A stretch of DNA of 64,000 nt, taken from Eledone cirrhosa (taxonomy: Eukaryota). The stretch is from NCBI GenBank assembly GCA_964016885.1, contig OZ024757.1:5456001-5520000 (forward strand), in the 5' to 3' direction. Shown here piece by piece: positions 1 through 12,943 of the stretch. The notes beneath the pieces are model-generated. The model was given only the letters and a program-made list of their open reading frames with translations. It was not told where the DNA came from and searched no databases. The position numbers and the translations under genes are program-made. Position 1 is the stretch's first letter, and the number at the start of each line of letters is the position of its first letter.

Positions 1-3000
1 ATACACATCCCATGTCTATACCAACACAGTCTTCTCTCCTACACACTACATCTGATTCCTCTTATACCTAGTTTCTCTCTCAGTTCATCCATACACATCA
101 CATGTCTATACCAACACAGTCTCTTCTCCTATACACTACATCTGATTCCTCTTATACCTAGTTTCTCTCTCAGTTCATCCATACACATCCCATGTCCATA
201 CCAACACAGTCTTCTCTCCTACACACTACATCTGATTCCTCATATACCTAGTTTCTCTCTCCATCCATACACATCACATGTCTATACCAACACAGTCTCC
301 TCTCCTACATCTGATTCCTCTTATACCTATTTTCTCTCCCAGTTCATCCATACACATCACATGTCTATACCAACACAGTCTCCTCTCCTACATCTGATTC
401 CTCTTATACCTAGTTTCTCTCTCAGTTCATCCATACACATCACATGTCTATACCAACACAGTCTCCTCTCCTACATCTGATTCCTCTTATACCTAGTTTC
501 TCTCTCAGTTCATCCATACACATCACATGTCTATACCAACACAGTCTCCTCTCCTACATCTGATTCCTCTTATACCTAGTTTCTCTCCATCCATACACAT
601 CACATGTCTATACCAACACAGTCTCCTCTCCTACATCTGATTCCTCTTATACCTAGTTTCTCTCTCCATCCATACACATCACATGTCTATACCAACACAG
701 TCTCCTCTCCTACAGCTGATTCCTCTTATACCTAGTTTCTCTCCCAGTTCATCCATACACATCACATGTCTTTACCAACACAGTCTCCTCTCCTACATCT
801 GATTCCTCTTATACCTAGTTTCTCTCTCAGTTCATCCATACACATCACATGTCTATACCAACACAGTCTCCTCTCCTACATCTGATTCCTCTTATACCTA
901 GTTTCTCTCCCAGTTCATCCATACACATCACATGTCTATACCAACACAGTCTCCTCTCCTACATCTGATTCCTCTTATACCTAGTTTCTCTCCCAGTTCA
1001 TCCATACACATCGCATGTCTATACCAACACAGTCTCCTCTCCTACATCTGATTCCTCTTATACCTAGTTTCTCTCCCAGTTCATCCATACACATCACATG
1101 TCTATACCAACACAGTCTCCTCTCCGACATCTGATTCCTCTTATACCTAGTTTCTCTCCCAGTTCATCCATACACATCACATGTCTATACCAACACAGTC
1201 TCCTCTCCTACACCTGATTCCTCTTATACCTAGTTTCTCTCCCAGTTCATCCATACACATCACATGTCTATACCAACACAGTCTCCTCTCCTACACACTA
1301 CATGTGATTCCTCTTATAACTAGTTTCTCTCCCAGTTCATCCATACACATCCCATGTCTATACCAACACAGTCTCCTCTCCTACATCTGATTCCTCTTAT
1401 ACCTAGTTTCTCTCTCAGTTCATCCATACACATCACATGTCTATACCAACACAGTCTCCTCTCCTACATCTGATTCCTCTTATACCTAGTTTCTCTCCCA
1501 GTTCATCCATACACATCACATGTCTATACCAACACAGTCTCCTCTCCTACATCTGATTCCTCTTATACCTAGTTTCTCTCTCCATCCATACACATCACAC
1601 GTCTATACCAACACAGTCTCCTCTCCTACATCTGATTCCTCTTATACCTAGTTTCTCTCTCAGTTCATCCATACACATCACATTTCTATACCAACACAGT
1701 CTCCTCTCCTACATCTGATTCCTCTTATACCTAGTTTCTCTCTCAGTTCATCCATACACATCACATGTCTATACCAACACAGTCTCCTCTCCTACATCTG
1801 ATTCCTCTTATACCTAGTTTCTCTCCCAGTTCATCCATACACATCGCATGTCTATACCAACACAGTCTCCTCTCCTACATCTGATTCCTCTTATACCTAG
1901 TTTCTCTCCCAGTTCATCCATACACATCACATGTCTATACCAACACAGTCTCCTCTCCTACATCTGATTCCTCTTATACCTAGTTTCTCTCTCAGTTCAT
2001 CCATACACATCACATGTCTATACCAACACAGTCTCCTCTCCTACACACTACATGTGATTCCTCTTATAACTAGTTTCTCTCCCAGTTCATCCATACACAT
2101 CACATGTCTATACCAACACAGTCTCCTCTCCTACATCTGATTCCTCTTATACCTAGTTTCTCTCCCAGTTCATCCATACATATCACATGTCTATACCAAC
2201 ACAGTCTCCTCTCCTACACACTACATCTGATTCCTCTTGTACCTAGTTTCTCTCTCAGTTCATCCATACACATCACATGTCTATACCAACACAGTCTCCT
2301 CTCCTACACACTACATCTGATTCCTGTCATACCTAGTTTCTCTCCCAGTTCATCCATACACATCACATGTCTATACCAACACAGTCTCCTCTCCTACACA
2401 CTACATCTGATTCCTCTTATAACTAGTTTCTCTCCCAGTTCATCCATACACATCACATGTCTATACCAACACAGTCTCCTCTCCTACATCTGATTCCTCT
2501 TATACCTAGTTTCTCTCTCCATCCATACACATCACACGTCTATACCAACACAGTCTCCTCTCCTACATCTGATTCCTCTTATACCTAGTTTCTCTCTCAG
2601 TTCATCCATACACATCACATGTCTATACCAACACAGTCTTCTCTCCTACACACTACATCTGATTCCTCTTATACCTAGTTTCTCTCTCAGTTCATCCATA
2701 CACATCACATTTCTATACCAACACAGTCTCCTCTCCTACATCTGATTCCACTTATACCTAGTTTCTCTCTAAGTTCATCCATACACATCCCATGTCTATA
2801 CCAACACAGTCTTCTCTCCTACACACTACATCTGATTCCTCTTATACCTAGTTTCTCTCTCAGTTCATCCATACACATCACATGTCTATACCAACACAGT
2901 CTCCTCTCCTACATCTGATTCCTCTTATACCTAGTTTCTCTCCCAGTTCATCCATACACATCACATGTCTATACCAACACAGTCTCCTCTCCTACATCTG

Positions 3001-6000
3001 ATTCCACTTATACCTAGTTTCTCTCTAAGTTCATCCATACACATCCCATGTCTATACCAACACAGTCTTCTCTCCTACACACTACATCTGATTCCTCTTA
3101 TACCTAGTTTCTCTCTCAGTTCATCCATACACATCACATGTCTATACCAACACAGTCTCCTCTCCTACACACTACATCTGATTCCTCTTATACCTAGTTT
3201 CTCTCTCAGTTCATCCATACACATCACATGTCTATACCAACACAGTCTCCTCTCCTACATCTGATTCCTCTTATACCTAGTTTCTCTCTCAGTTCATCCA
3301 TACACATCACATGTCTATACCAACACAGTCTCCTCTCCTACACACTACATCTGATTCTTCTTATACCTAGTTTCTCTCTCAGTTTATCCATACACATCAC
3401 ATGTCTATACCAACACAGTCTCCTCTCCTACATCTGATTCCTCTTATACCTAGTTTCTCTCTCAGTTCATCCATACACATCACATGTCTATACCAACACA
3501 GTCTCCTCTCCTACACACTACATCTGATTCCTCTTATACCTAGTTTCTCTCCCAGTTCATCCATACATATCACATGTCTATACCAACACAGTCTCCTCTC
3601 CTACACACTACATCTGATTCCTCTTGTACCTAGTTTCTCTCTCAGTTCATCCATACACATCACATGTCTATACCAACACAGTCTCCTCTCCTACACACTA
3701 CATCTGATTCCTGTCATACCTAGTTTCTCTCTCAGTTCATCCATACACATCACATGTCTATACCAACACAGTCTCCTCTCCTACACACTACATCTGATTC
3801 TTCTTATACCTAGTTTCTCTCTCAGTTTATCCATACACATCACATGTCTATACCAACACAGTCTCCTCTCCTACATCTGATTCCTCTTATACCTAGTTTC
3901 TCTCTCAGTTCATCCATACACATCACATGTCTATACCAACACAGTCTCCTCTCCTACACACTACATCTGATTCCTCTTATACCTAGTTTCTCTCCCAGTT
4001 CATCCATACATATCACATGTCTATACCAACACAGTCTCCTCTCCTACACACTACATCTGATTCCTCTTGTACCTAGTTTCTCTCTCAGTTCATCCATACA
4101 CATCACATGTCTATACCAACACAGTCTCCTCTCCTACACACTACATCTGATTCCTGTCATACCTAGTTTCTCTCTCAGTTCATCCATACACATCCCATGT
4201 CTATACCAACACAGTCTTCTCTCCTACACACTACATCTGATTCCTCATATACCTAGTTTCTCTCTCCATCCATACACATCACATGTCTGTACCAACACAG
4301 TCTCCTCTCCGACATCTGATTCCTCTTATACCTAGTTTCTCTCTCAGTTCATCCATACACATCACATGTCTATACCAACACAGTCTCCTCTCCTACATCT
4401 GATTCCTCTTATACCTAGTTTCTCTCTCAGTTCATCCATACACATCACATGTCTTTACCAACACAGTCTCCTCTCCTACATCTGATTCCTCTTATACCTA
4501 TTTTCTCTCCCAGTTCATCCATACACATCACATGTCTATACCAACACAGTCTCCTCTCCTACATCTGATTCCTCTTATACCTAGTTTCTCTCTCAGTTCA
4601 TCCATACACATCACATGTCTATACCAACACAGTCTCCTCTCCTACATCTGATTCCTCTTATACCTAGTTTCTCTCTCAGTTCATCCATACACATCACATG
4701 TCTATACCAACACAGTCTCCTCTCCTACATCTGATTCCTCTTATACCTAGTTTCTCTCCCAGTTCATCCATACACATCGCATGTCTATACCAACACAGTC
4801 TCCTCTCCTACATCTGATTCCTCTTATACCTAGTTTCTCTCCCAGTTCATCCATACACATCACATGTCTATACCAACACAGTCTCCTCTCCTACATCTGA
4901 TTCCTCTTATACCTAGTTTCTCTCCCAGTTCATCCATACACATCACATGTCTATACCAACACAGTCTCCTCTCCTACACCTGATTCCTCTTATACCTAGT
5001 TTCTCTCCCAGTTCATCCATACACATCACATGTCTATACCAACACAGTCTCCTCTCCTACACACTACATGTGATTCCTCTTATAACTAGTTTCTCTCCCA
5101 GTTCATCCATACACATCCCATGTCTATACCAACACAGTCTCCTCTCCTACATCTGATTCCTCTTATACCTAGTTTCTCTCTCAGTTCATCCATACACATC
5201 ACATGTCTATACCAACACAGTCTCCTCTCCTACATCTGATTCCTCTTATACCTAGTTTCTCTCCCAGTTCATCCATACACATCACATGTCTATACCAACA
5301 CAGTCTCCTCTCCTACAACTGATTCCTCTTATACCTAGTTTCTCTCCCAGTTCATCCATACATATCACATGTCTATACCAACACAGTCTCCTCTCCTACA
5401 CACTACATCTGATTCCTCTTGTACCTAGTTTCTCTCTCAGTTCATCCATACACATCACATGTCTATACCAACACAGTCTCCTCTCCTACACACTACATCT
5501 GATTCCTGTCATACCTAGTTTCTCTCCCAGTTCATCCATACACATCACATGTCTATACCAACACAGTCTCCTCTCCTACACACTACATGTGATTCCTCTT
5601 ATAACTAGTTTCTCTCCCAGTTCATCCATACACATCACATGTCTATACCAACACAGTCTCCTCTCCTACATCTGATTCCTCTTATACCTAGTTTCTCTCT
5701 CCATCCATACACATCACACGTCTATACCAACACAGTCTCCTCTCCTACATCTGATTCCTCTTATACCTAGTTTCTCTCTCAGTTCATCCATACACATCAC
5801 ATTTCTATACCAACACAGTCTCCTCTCCTACATATAATTCCACTTATACCTAGTTTCTCTCTCAGTTCATCCATACACATCCCATGTCTATACCAACACA
5901 GTCTTCTCTCCTACACACTACATCTGATTCCTCTTATACCTAGTTTCTCTCTCAGTTCATCCATACACATCACATGTCTATACCAACACAGTCTCCTCTC

Positions 6001-7775
6001 CTACATCTGATTCCTCTTATACCTAGTTTCTCTCTCAGTTCATCCATACACATCACATGTCTATACCAACACAGTCTCTTCTCCTATACACTACATCTGA
6101 TTCCTCTTATACCTAGTTTCTCTCTCAGTTCATCCATACACATCCCATGTCTATACCAACACAGTCTTCTCTCCTACACACTACATCTGATTCCTCATAT
6201 ACCTAGTTTCTCTCTCCATCCATACACATCACATGTCTATACCAACACAGTCTCCTCTCCTACATCTGATTCCTCTTATACCTAGTTTCTCTCTCAGTTC
6301 ATCCATACACATCACATGTCTATACCAACACAGTCTCCTCTCCGACATCTGATTCCTCTTATACCTAGTTTCTCTCTCAGTTCATCCATACACATCACAT
6401 GTCTATACCAACACAGTCTCCTCTCCTACATCTGATTCCTCTTATACCTAGTTTCTCTCTCAGTTCATCCATACACATCACATGTCTTTACCAACACAGT
6501 CTCCTCTCCTACATCTGATTCCTCTTATACCTATTTTCTCTCCCAGTTCATCCATACACATCACATGTCTATACCAACACAGTCTCCTCTCCTACATCTG
6601 ATTCCTCTTATACCTAGTTTCTCTCTCAGTTCATCCATACACATCACGTGTCTATACCAACACAGTCTCCTCTCCTACATCTGATTCCTCTTATACCTAG
6701 TTTCTCTCTCAGTTCATCCATACACATCACATGTCTATACCAACACAGTCTCCTCTCCTACATCTGATTCCTCTTATACCTAGTTTCTCTCCCAGTTCAT
6801 CCATACACATCACATGTCTATACCAACACAGTCTCCTCTCCTACATCTGATTCCTCTTATACCTAGTTTCTCTCCATCCATACACATCACATGTCTATAC
6901 CAACACAGTCTCCTCTCCTACATCTGATTCCTCTTATACCTAGTTTCTCTCTCCATCCATACACATCACATGTCTATACCAACACAGTCTCCTCTCCTAC
7001 ATCTGATTCCTCTTATACCTAGTTTCTCTCCCAGTTCATCCATACACATCACATGTCTATACCAACACAGTCTCCTCTCCTACATCTGATTCCTCTTATA
7101 CCTAGTTTCTCTCCCAGTTCATCCATACATATCACATGTCTATACCAACACAGTCTCCTCTCCTACACACTACATCTGATTCCTCTTATACCTAGTTTCT
7201 CTCCCAGTTCATCCATACACATCACATGTCTATACCAACACAGTCTCCTCTCCTACATCTGATTTTTCTTATACCTAGTTTCTCTCCCAGTTCATCCATA
7301 CACATCACATGTCTATACCAACACAGTCTCCTCTCCTACATCTGATTCCTCTTATACCTAGTTTCTCTCCCAGTTCATCCATACACATCACATGTCTATA
7401 CCAACACAGTCTCCTCTCCTACATCTGATTCCTCTTATACCTAGTTTCTCTCCCAGTTCATCCATACACATCACATGTCTATACCAACACAGTCTCCTCT
7501 CCTACATCTGATTCCTCTTATACCTAGTTTCTCTCCCAGTTCATCCATACACATCACATGTCTATACCAACACAGTCTCCTCTCCTACATCTGATTCCTC
7601 TTATACCTAGTTTCTCTCTCAGTTCATCCATACACATCCCATGTCTATACTAACAGTCTCCTCTCCTACATCTGATTCCTCTTATACCTAGTTTCTCTCC
7701 CAGTCCATCCATACACATCACATGTCTATACCAACACAGTCTCCTCTCCTACATCTGATTCCTCTTATACCTAGT
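1..7775 (-). repeat. Tandem satellite of 83/90-bp units (about 90 copies) derived from RTE LINE coding sequence, inside a Bre1 intron
   Basis: Unit catccatacacatcacatgtctataccaacacagtctcctctcctaca(cactaca)tctgattcctcttatacctagtttctctc(t/c)cagtt. The minus strand of the 90-mer reads ELREKLGIRGIRCSV*ERRLCWYRHVMCMD, matching RTE copies here (e.g. 9156-9246). The array runs off the left edge. Confidence 0.95.
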
Positions 7776-7845
7776 CTCTCTCTTAATTCGTTTATGCTTT
7801 GTCGTTCTTGTATATTACTATTACACATCCTTTTGAGCATCCATC
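7740..7845 (-). mobile_element. RTE LINE remnant continuous with the last satellite unit
   Basis: Minus strand reads RMCNSNIQERQSINELRERLGIRG, like RTE copies at 10840-10910 and 15660-15730. Confidence 0.8.
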
Positions 7846-7866
7846 TGTTGATTTGATCTGTTGCAG

Positions 7867-8049
7867 TTAATGAAAGCAGAAAAGAAAGCTCGTCAAGAAG
7901 TTGAAGATCTCCACAATCATATTCGTAAGATGCAGGAGGCTGAACGCAAAGAACGTCGAAAGTTAGCTGATGATGATGCTTTACGTAAGATAAAAAAGCT
8001 TGAAGACACAATCAGTGATCTGCAGAAGAGTCTGGCAGCTCAGAAACAG
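7867..8049 (+). CDS. Bre1: E3 ubiquitin ligase Bre1 (RNF20/RNF40 orthologue), internal coiled-coil exon
   Basis: ttgcag|TTA...CAG|gtaatg; 183 nt, phase 0/0; LMKAEKKARQEVEDL...KLADDDALRKIKKLEDTISDLQKSLAAQKQ. Confidence 0.92.
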
Positions 8050-8194
8050 GTAATGTTCTCTCTTAACACAGCAAACTTATTTACTAAGTAATGTGGGTTG
8101 TAACACAGGTGTGGCACAATCTCTGTGAAGTGAAAGTCAAATAGTGCCTGTGTTTTTATTGGCAAAATGACTATCCCCAAATATAACAATATCT

Positions 8195-8815
8195 CCATAT
8201 CAGAAAAAGGGGATAGGTGTAAAAGCCAAACTCGCTGTCTTCCTGGTATTCCTGCCAACTCTTACTAATCTTGAGTAATGACCAAAAGAATACAATTGCA
8301 AATAAAAGTGGCAGAAATGGGATTCCTCCGAAGGGTCTTTGGAGTAACGTTACTCGATAAAGTGTGTAGCTCAGAGACCAGAAAGTCACTCCAGGTAGAG
8401 CCACTACTTCTCTGAATTGAGAGATCATAGCTCTGATACTATGGACATGTGGTTAGAATGTCTCAGGAAAGAATCTCTGGACAGATTTGTAGCTCAGAGA
8501 CTAGAGAGTCACTCCTGGTAGAGCCGCTACTTCTCCAAATTGAGAGATCACAGATCCGATATTATGAGCATGTGGTTAAAATCTCTCAGTAACGAATCGC
8601 TGGACACATTTTACAGGCAAAACCAACCGTCAAGAGACCCAGAGGTAGACCCTAAGCATGGTAGCTGGATAACATCCATGAGCTTGGCTTGCCACGTTTT
8701 GGGATCCAGCTGGATCAGTTAGAGGTGTTTGCTTCTGACAGACCCGCTGGAAGGAGTGTTTGAGAAGGACTCTGCCTCCACGACCCTCTCAGAAATAAGT
8801 GGGTGAAGAAGGAGA
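8195..8815 (+). mobile_element. Degenerate RTE-like LINE 3' fragment (second family) with an internal ~123-bp duplication
   Basis: Remnants AEMGFLRRVFGVTLLDKV and KRPRGRP; homologous to minus-strand copies at 50710-51365 and 31500-31780. Confidence 0.75.
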
Positions 8816-8865
8816 TATTGTCAATTTACTTTTCAATTTACATATATATATTTGCGTATAATACC

Positions 8866-8922
8866 AATATGCACACTACATATGCTAGCAGAAAACCGGC
8901 CGAAGGGTAGTTTTTCTGCTAG
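8866..8922 (+). mobile_element. Helitron 3' end fragment
   Basis: cacactacatatgctagcagaaaacc...tttttctgctagt matches the 3' end of the Helitron at 57755-58224. Confidence 0.6.
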
Positions 8923-8932
8923 TATAGAGTAA

Positions 8933-9400
8933 TCATCATCATCATCATCATACGTCCGCTTTTCCCTGCTTGCAAGGGTGGGGTGGGTCTTATTCAGCAC
9001 AGCATCTCTCCACTCGTCATGGTCCTTCGTCATCTCCACCGTGAGCTTCAATGATCTGAGGTCTGTTCTCACCACCTTCGCCCATGTTTTTCGTGGTCTA
9101 CCTCTACCACGTCTTCCTTCAACTGGCATTTCCTGGCACTTCTTCACCCATCGGTCATCCTCCATGCGCATCACATGTCCATACCACCTCAGTCTCCTCT
9201 CCCGTACACTACATTCTATCCCTCTCAGACACAGTTTCTCTCTCAACACATTCATGCTGGGTCCTTCACGCACATTGACATTGCACATCCAACGGAGCAT
9301 GCTTGCCTCATTTCTCTCCAACCATCGCATATCCTCTGCAGTTGCTGCCCATGTCTCACTACAATGCAGCATCGCGCTCCTCACACAGGCATCATATAAT
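8933..9400 (-). mobile_element. 5'-truncated RTE LINE (post-RT C-terminus, 3' end, (GAT)n tail)
   Basis: MLHCSETW...RERRLRWYGHVMRM...GRGRPRKTW; (cat)n at 8933-8951; agtaat on both sides. Confidence 0.9.
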
Positions 9401-9510
9401 CAGTAATGTAAATGCTAAAGGGTTAATTTCTTTCAAGAATGCCTTGTTAATGTAGTTTCAGGATTTAAGATTTAACGATAATATTCCAATATAATTCTTT
9501 CTTTGTTCAG

Positions 9511-9639
9511 CGTGAAGAAGCATTGCTCAGTGAAATGGATGTAACTGGCCAGGCTTTTGAAGATATGCAAGAACAAAATATGCGCTTGATTCAGCAACTA
9601 AAGGAGAAAGATGACGCTAACTTCAAACTGATGTCAGAG
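9511..9639 (+). CDS. Bre1: Bre1 internal exon
   Basis: ttcag|CGT...GAG|gttagt; 129 nt; [43 protein letters not shown], a highly conserved Bre1/RNF20 block. Confidence 0.96.
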
Positions 9640-9723
9640 GTTAGTACATTTACAGTTATTTTGTACAATAACCCTTTAACATTCACATTAATTTGTCATG
9701 TCATGCTTACCTGTTCGCATTAT

Positions 9724-10002
9724 TTCATCCTTACGGGGTCGATAAGATAAAGTACCAGTAATGCACTGGGTAATTGCTGGCCTTGTGCCAAACATGGAAA
9801 CAATTATTATGGCGGTGGATTGGCAGTATCGGTAGAGGGTCGGACGCCATGCTTTGACGCATAGAGTTACGGCCCTTGCCATTCTGAGTTCAAATCCCGC
9901 CGAGGTCAACTTTGCCTTTCATCCTTACGGGGTGGATAAAATAAAGTACCAGTAATACACTGGGATATCACTGGCCTTGTGCCAAAAGTAGAAACAATTA
10001 TT
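9724..10002 (+). mobile_element. Two tandem tRNA-derived SINE copies (a 3' half plus a full copy)
   Basis: A-box-like tggcagtatcgg, B-box gagttcaaatc, core gcctttcatccttacggggt(c/g)gataa, tail gaaacaattat. Confidence 0.85.
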
Positions 10003-10172
10003 TTCAGTTAATCATACTCAAGAGGGTTATCAATTTTATTTTGTAATTTTCTTAATTTTCTATGTGCAGGCTTGAAATTTTGTCAGTAGATGTTTAAATA
10101 TCAATAATTTACAATTATATAATTTTACCTGATTTTTTTTTGGTTAAATTTGACTTTTATGGGCAGGTGAAA

Positions 10173-10655
10173 TTAATTAATGGGGGCATTTGAAGTATCA
10201 ACCAGGTGCAAATACTGGTTTAATTTTAAATACGTTGTTTTCGGCATAATACTTGATATATAAGAATCACTAAACCTTATATCAGTGTTCCAGTAATTCC
10301 ACAGTCTTGGAAATTGTTTTATACCGAACATAATATTTACGGTAAAAAATGCTTGCATTTCCGCAGCATCTGTTGGTCGCCAAACAGATCAGGTTTTCCT
10401 TGATTTGAAATCTGTTGTTGGGTATATCGATTAATCTTTTCTGCCACAACTTCGAAGAAAGTTTGTGGTAAAAACAAAAAGAAATAATTCAGTGCTTTAT
10501 TATCGGGAGCTAATGTGTTGTGGAACAGTATTTTGAATAAAATCAGGACCATATATTAGTGTGCTATTTTTCAACCACGTTGTTGTAATATTTTCAATGG
10601 CGCCCTGGAGATCTCCTCCGTTTTCACTTTCAAAACAATCATCGTCGGACGAAAT
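10173..10655 (-). pseudogene. piggyBac (PGBD4-like) transposase fragment, frameshifted
   Basis: ALNYFFLFLPQTFFEVVAEKINRYTQQ and MQAFFTVNIMFGIKQFPRLWNYWNTD...ISSIMPKTTYLKLNQYLHLVD resemble the N-terminal part of the piggyBac DDE domain. Confidence 0.7.
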
Positions 10656-10659
10656 TTCA

Positions 10660-11433
10660 GAAATATAAAAAGTTCAGGGAGCTACTGCCACTGCTAGCTG
10701 CAAAAGGCTTTTCCCTCAAAATGAAAAGCAGATTGTATGATGCGTGCATACGAATAGCAATGTTACATGGTAGTGAGACCTGGGCGCTGAAGGTGGAAGA
10801 CTTACGTAGATTAGAAAGAAACGAAGCCTGCATGCTCCGATGGATGTGTAACAGTAATATACAGCAAAGCATAAATGAATTGAGAGAGAGACTGAGCATA
10901 AGAGGAATCAAATGCTATGTCCAGGAGAGGCGGTGACGTTGGTATGGACATGTGATGCGTATGAAGGATGACAGCTGCATAAAAAGGTGCAGAGCACTAG
11001 AAGTCAATGGAAACTTTGGATTGGGGAGACCCAAGATGACCTGGGATGAGGTGATAAAAGCTGACCTTACCCAATTACACCTCTCAAAGGTGATGACACC
11101 TGACTGTGACCTCTGGCGTCACGCAGGAATATAGAATACCCGATCCCCCCCACCCACCCCACACGGGTACAAGCCGAAGCTGAAGCATATAGACAATATG
11201 CCCCACACCCTCCCACTGTAAAGGGGTCGTGGAGGTGCCACGGAAAAAAAGCACCCAGCCCACACTTTAAATTAGGTTGGTGTTAGGAAGGGCATCCAGC
11301 TGTAGAAATCAAGCCAGAATCAGTTCCCGTATGAGCAAGGCATGGTCAGCCGACCGGACACTGCCCACAACAGGACAACCCGTCTAACCCATGCTAGCGT
11401 GGAAGAACGGACGTAAAACAGTGATGATGATGA
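10660..11433 (+). mobile_element. 5'-truncated RTE LINE
   Basis: KFRELLPLL...RLYDACIRIAMLHGSETW...WYGHVMRM...GRPKMTW, then 3' UTR and (gat)n tail. Confidence 0.9.
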
Positions 11434-11519
11434 TATTTTTGTATGCACAATAACAAAATATAAACAAACGTATTTACTTCACGAGGCTCGAGAAGGATAA
11501 GTATATATCAAATATATAA

Positions 11520-11563
11520 GAACCCTAGAGCAAATCCCGAGCAATGCCGAGTCATTCTGCTAG
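11520..11563 (+). mobile_element. Helitron-type 3' terminus
   Basis: Imperfect hairpin cccgagcaatgccgag followed by ttctgCTAG-t. Confidence 0.5.
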
Positions 11564-11784
11564 TACTTATCTAAAAACCTTCCATCATAATTTTATGTAA
11601 GAACCTTTGTTAAGTTATGTTCCAAACACCTCTAGTTCTATCATACAAAACTGTTTTAAAGTGTTTATATTTATCTAAAAACCTTCCATCATAATTTTAT
11701 GTAAGAACCTTTGTTAAGTTATGTTCCAAACACTACAGACAGTGTATTTCATTATTCCTTCCTTCTCTGTATGTCCCTGTGCAG

Positions 11785-11957
11785 CGCATCAAGTCGAACC
11801 AGATCCACAAGTTACTCCGCGAAGAGAAGGACAGTTCGGCAGAGCAGGTAGCTACCCTCCATGGTCAGGTGCAGGCTCAGAATCAGGTGGTACGCAAACT
11901 TGAAGAGAAGGAGCGTATCCTGCAGAATAACCTCGCTACTGTTGAGAAAGAACTCAG
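11785..11957 (+). CDS. Bre1: Bre1 internal exon
   Basis: gtgcag|CGC...CTCAG|gtgtgt; 173 nt, phase 0/2; [15 protein letters not shown]...[23 protein letters not shown]. Confidence 0.95.
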
Positions 11958-12008
11958 GTGTGTATGTCTTGAGTGGAGGTGTGTTGGAGTGTGGTATGGC
12001 TAGATGGT

Positions 12009-12662
12009 TACATGACCACTTTACAGAGTGTACTGGGTGCTTTTTGTTGTGACACCTTCATGACCACTTTACAGAGTGTACTAAGTGCTTTTTGTTGTGA
12101 CACCTACATGACCACTTTACAGTGTGTACTGGGTATTTTTTGTCATGACACCTACATGACCACTTTACAGTGGACTGGCTACTTTTTGTTGTGACACCTA
12201 CATTACCACTTTACAGTGTGGACTAGGTACTTTTTGTTGTGACACCTACATGACCACTTTACAGTGTGGACTGGGTACTTGTTGTGACACCTACATGACC
12301 ACTTTACACTGTGTACTGGGTACTTTTTGTTGTGACACCTACATGACCACTGTACTGTGTGTACTGGGTACTTTTTGTCATGACACCTACATGACCACTT
12401 TACAGTGTGGACTGGGTACATTTTGTTGAGATACCTACATGACCACTTTACAGTGTGTACTGGGTACTTTTTGTTGAGATACCTACATGACTACTTTACA
12501 GTGTATACTGGGTACTTGTTGTGACACCTACATGACTACTTTTCGGAGTGTACTGGGTACTTTTTGTTGTGACACCTACATGACCACTTTACAGTGTGGA
12601 CTGGGTACTTTTTGTTGTGTCACCTACATGATTACTTTATAGTGTGGACTGGGTACTTTTTG
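12009..12662. repeat. 48-bp minisatellite (about 13-14 copies) derived from RTE 3' UTR
   Basis: Unit catgaccactttacagtgtggactgggtactttttgttgtgacaccta; a monomer occurs in RTE 3' UTRs at 23871-23922 and 15200-15246. Confidence 0.9.
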
Positions 12663-12721
12663 TAATGTGAACATAACTTTACAGAATAGGATGATCGTTT
12701 CTTTCCTTTTCTGCTTATCAG

Positions 12722-12899
12722 CCTCCGTCAACAAGCTATGGAAATGCACAAACGAAAAGCAGTTGAGAGTGCCCAGGCAGCAGCTGATTTGAAGTTACGC
12801 CTTGATAAATACCAGTCACAATTGAAAGAGGCCCAGGTTGCTGTTGCTGAAAAGACTGCTCACCTAGAGAAGGAGTCATTCAAGTTTAAAAGGATGCAG
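12722..12899 (+). CDS. Bre1: Bre1 internal exon
   Basis: ttatcag|C CTC...CAG|gtaggc; 178 nt, phase 2/0, compatible with the previous exon; LRQQAMEMHKRKAVESAQAAADLK...EKESFKFKRMQ. Confidence 0.95.
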
Positions 12900-12943
12900 G
12901 TAGGCCTTATTTCTTCAACTGCTCACATGTCTTGAAGCTGATT

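Noticed and set aside
1181-7262. Many plus-strand ORFs (MSIPTQSPLL...)
   Set aside because: They are antisense frames of the RTE-derived satellite, with length set by the order of 83- and 90-bp units.
9810-9905. tRNA gene at SINE heads
   Set aside because: A/B boxes without a cloverleaf; multi-copy with a shared core, tail and TSDs, so these are SINEs.
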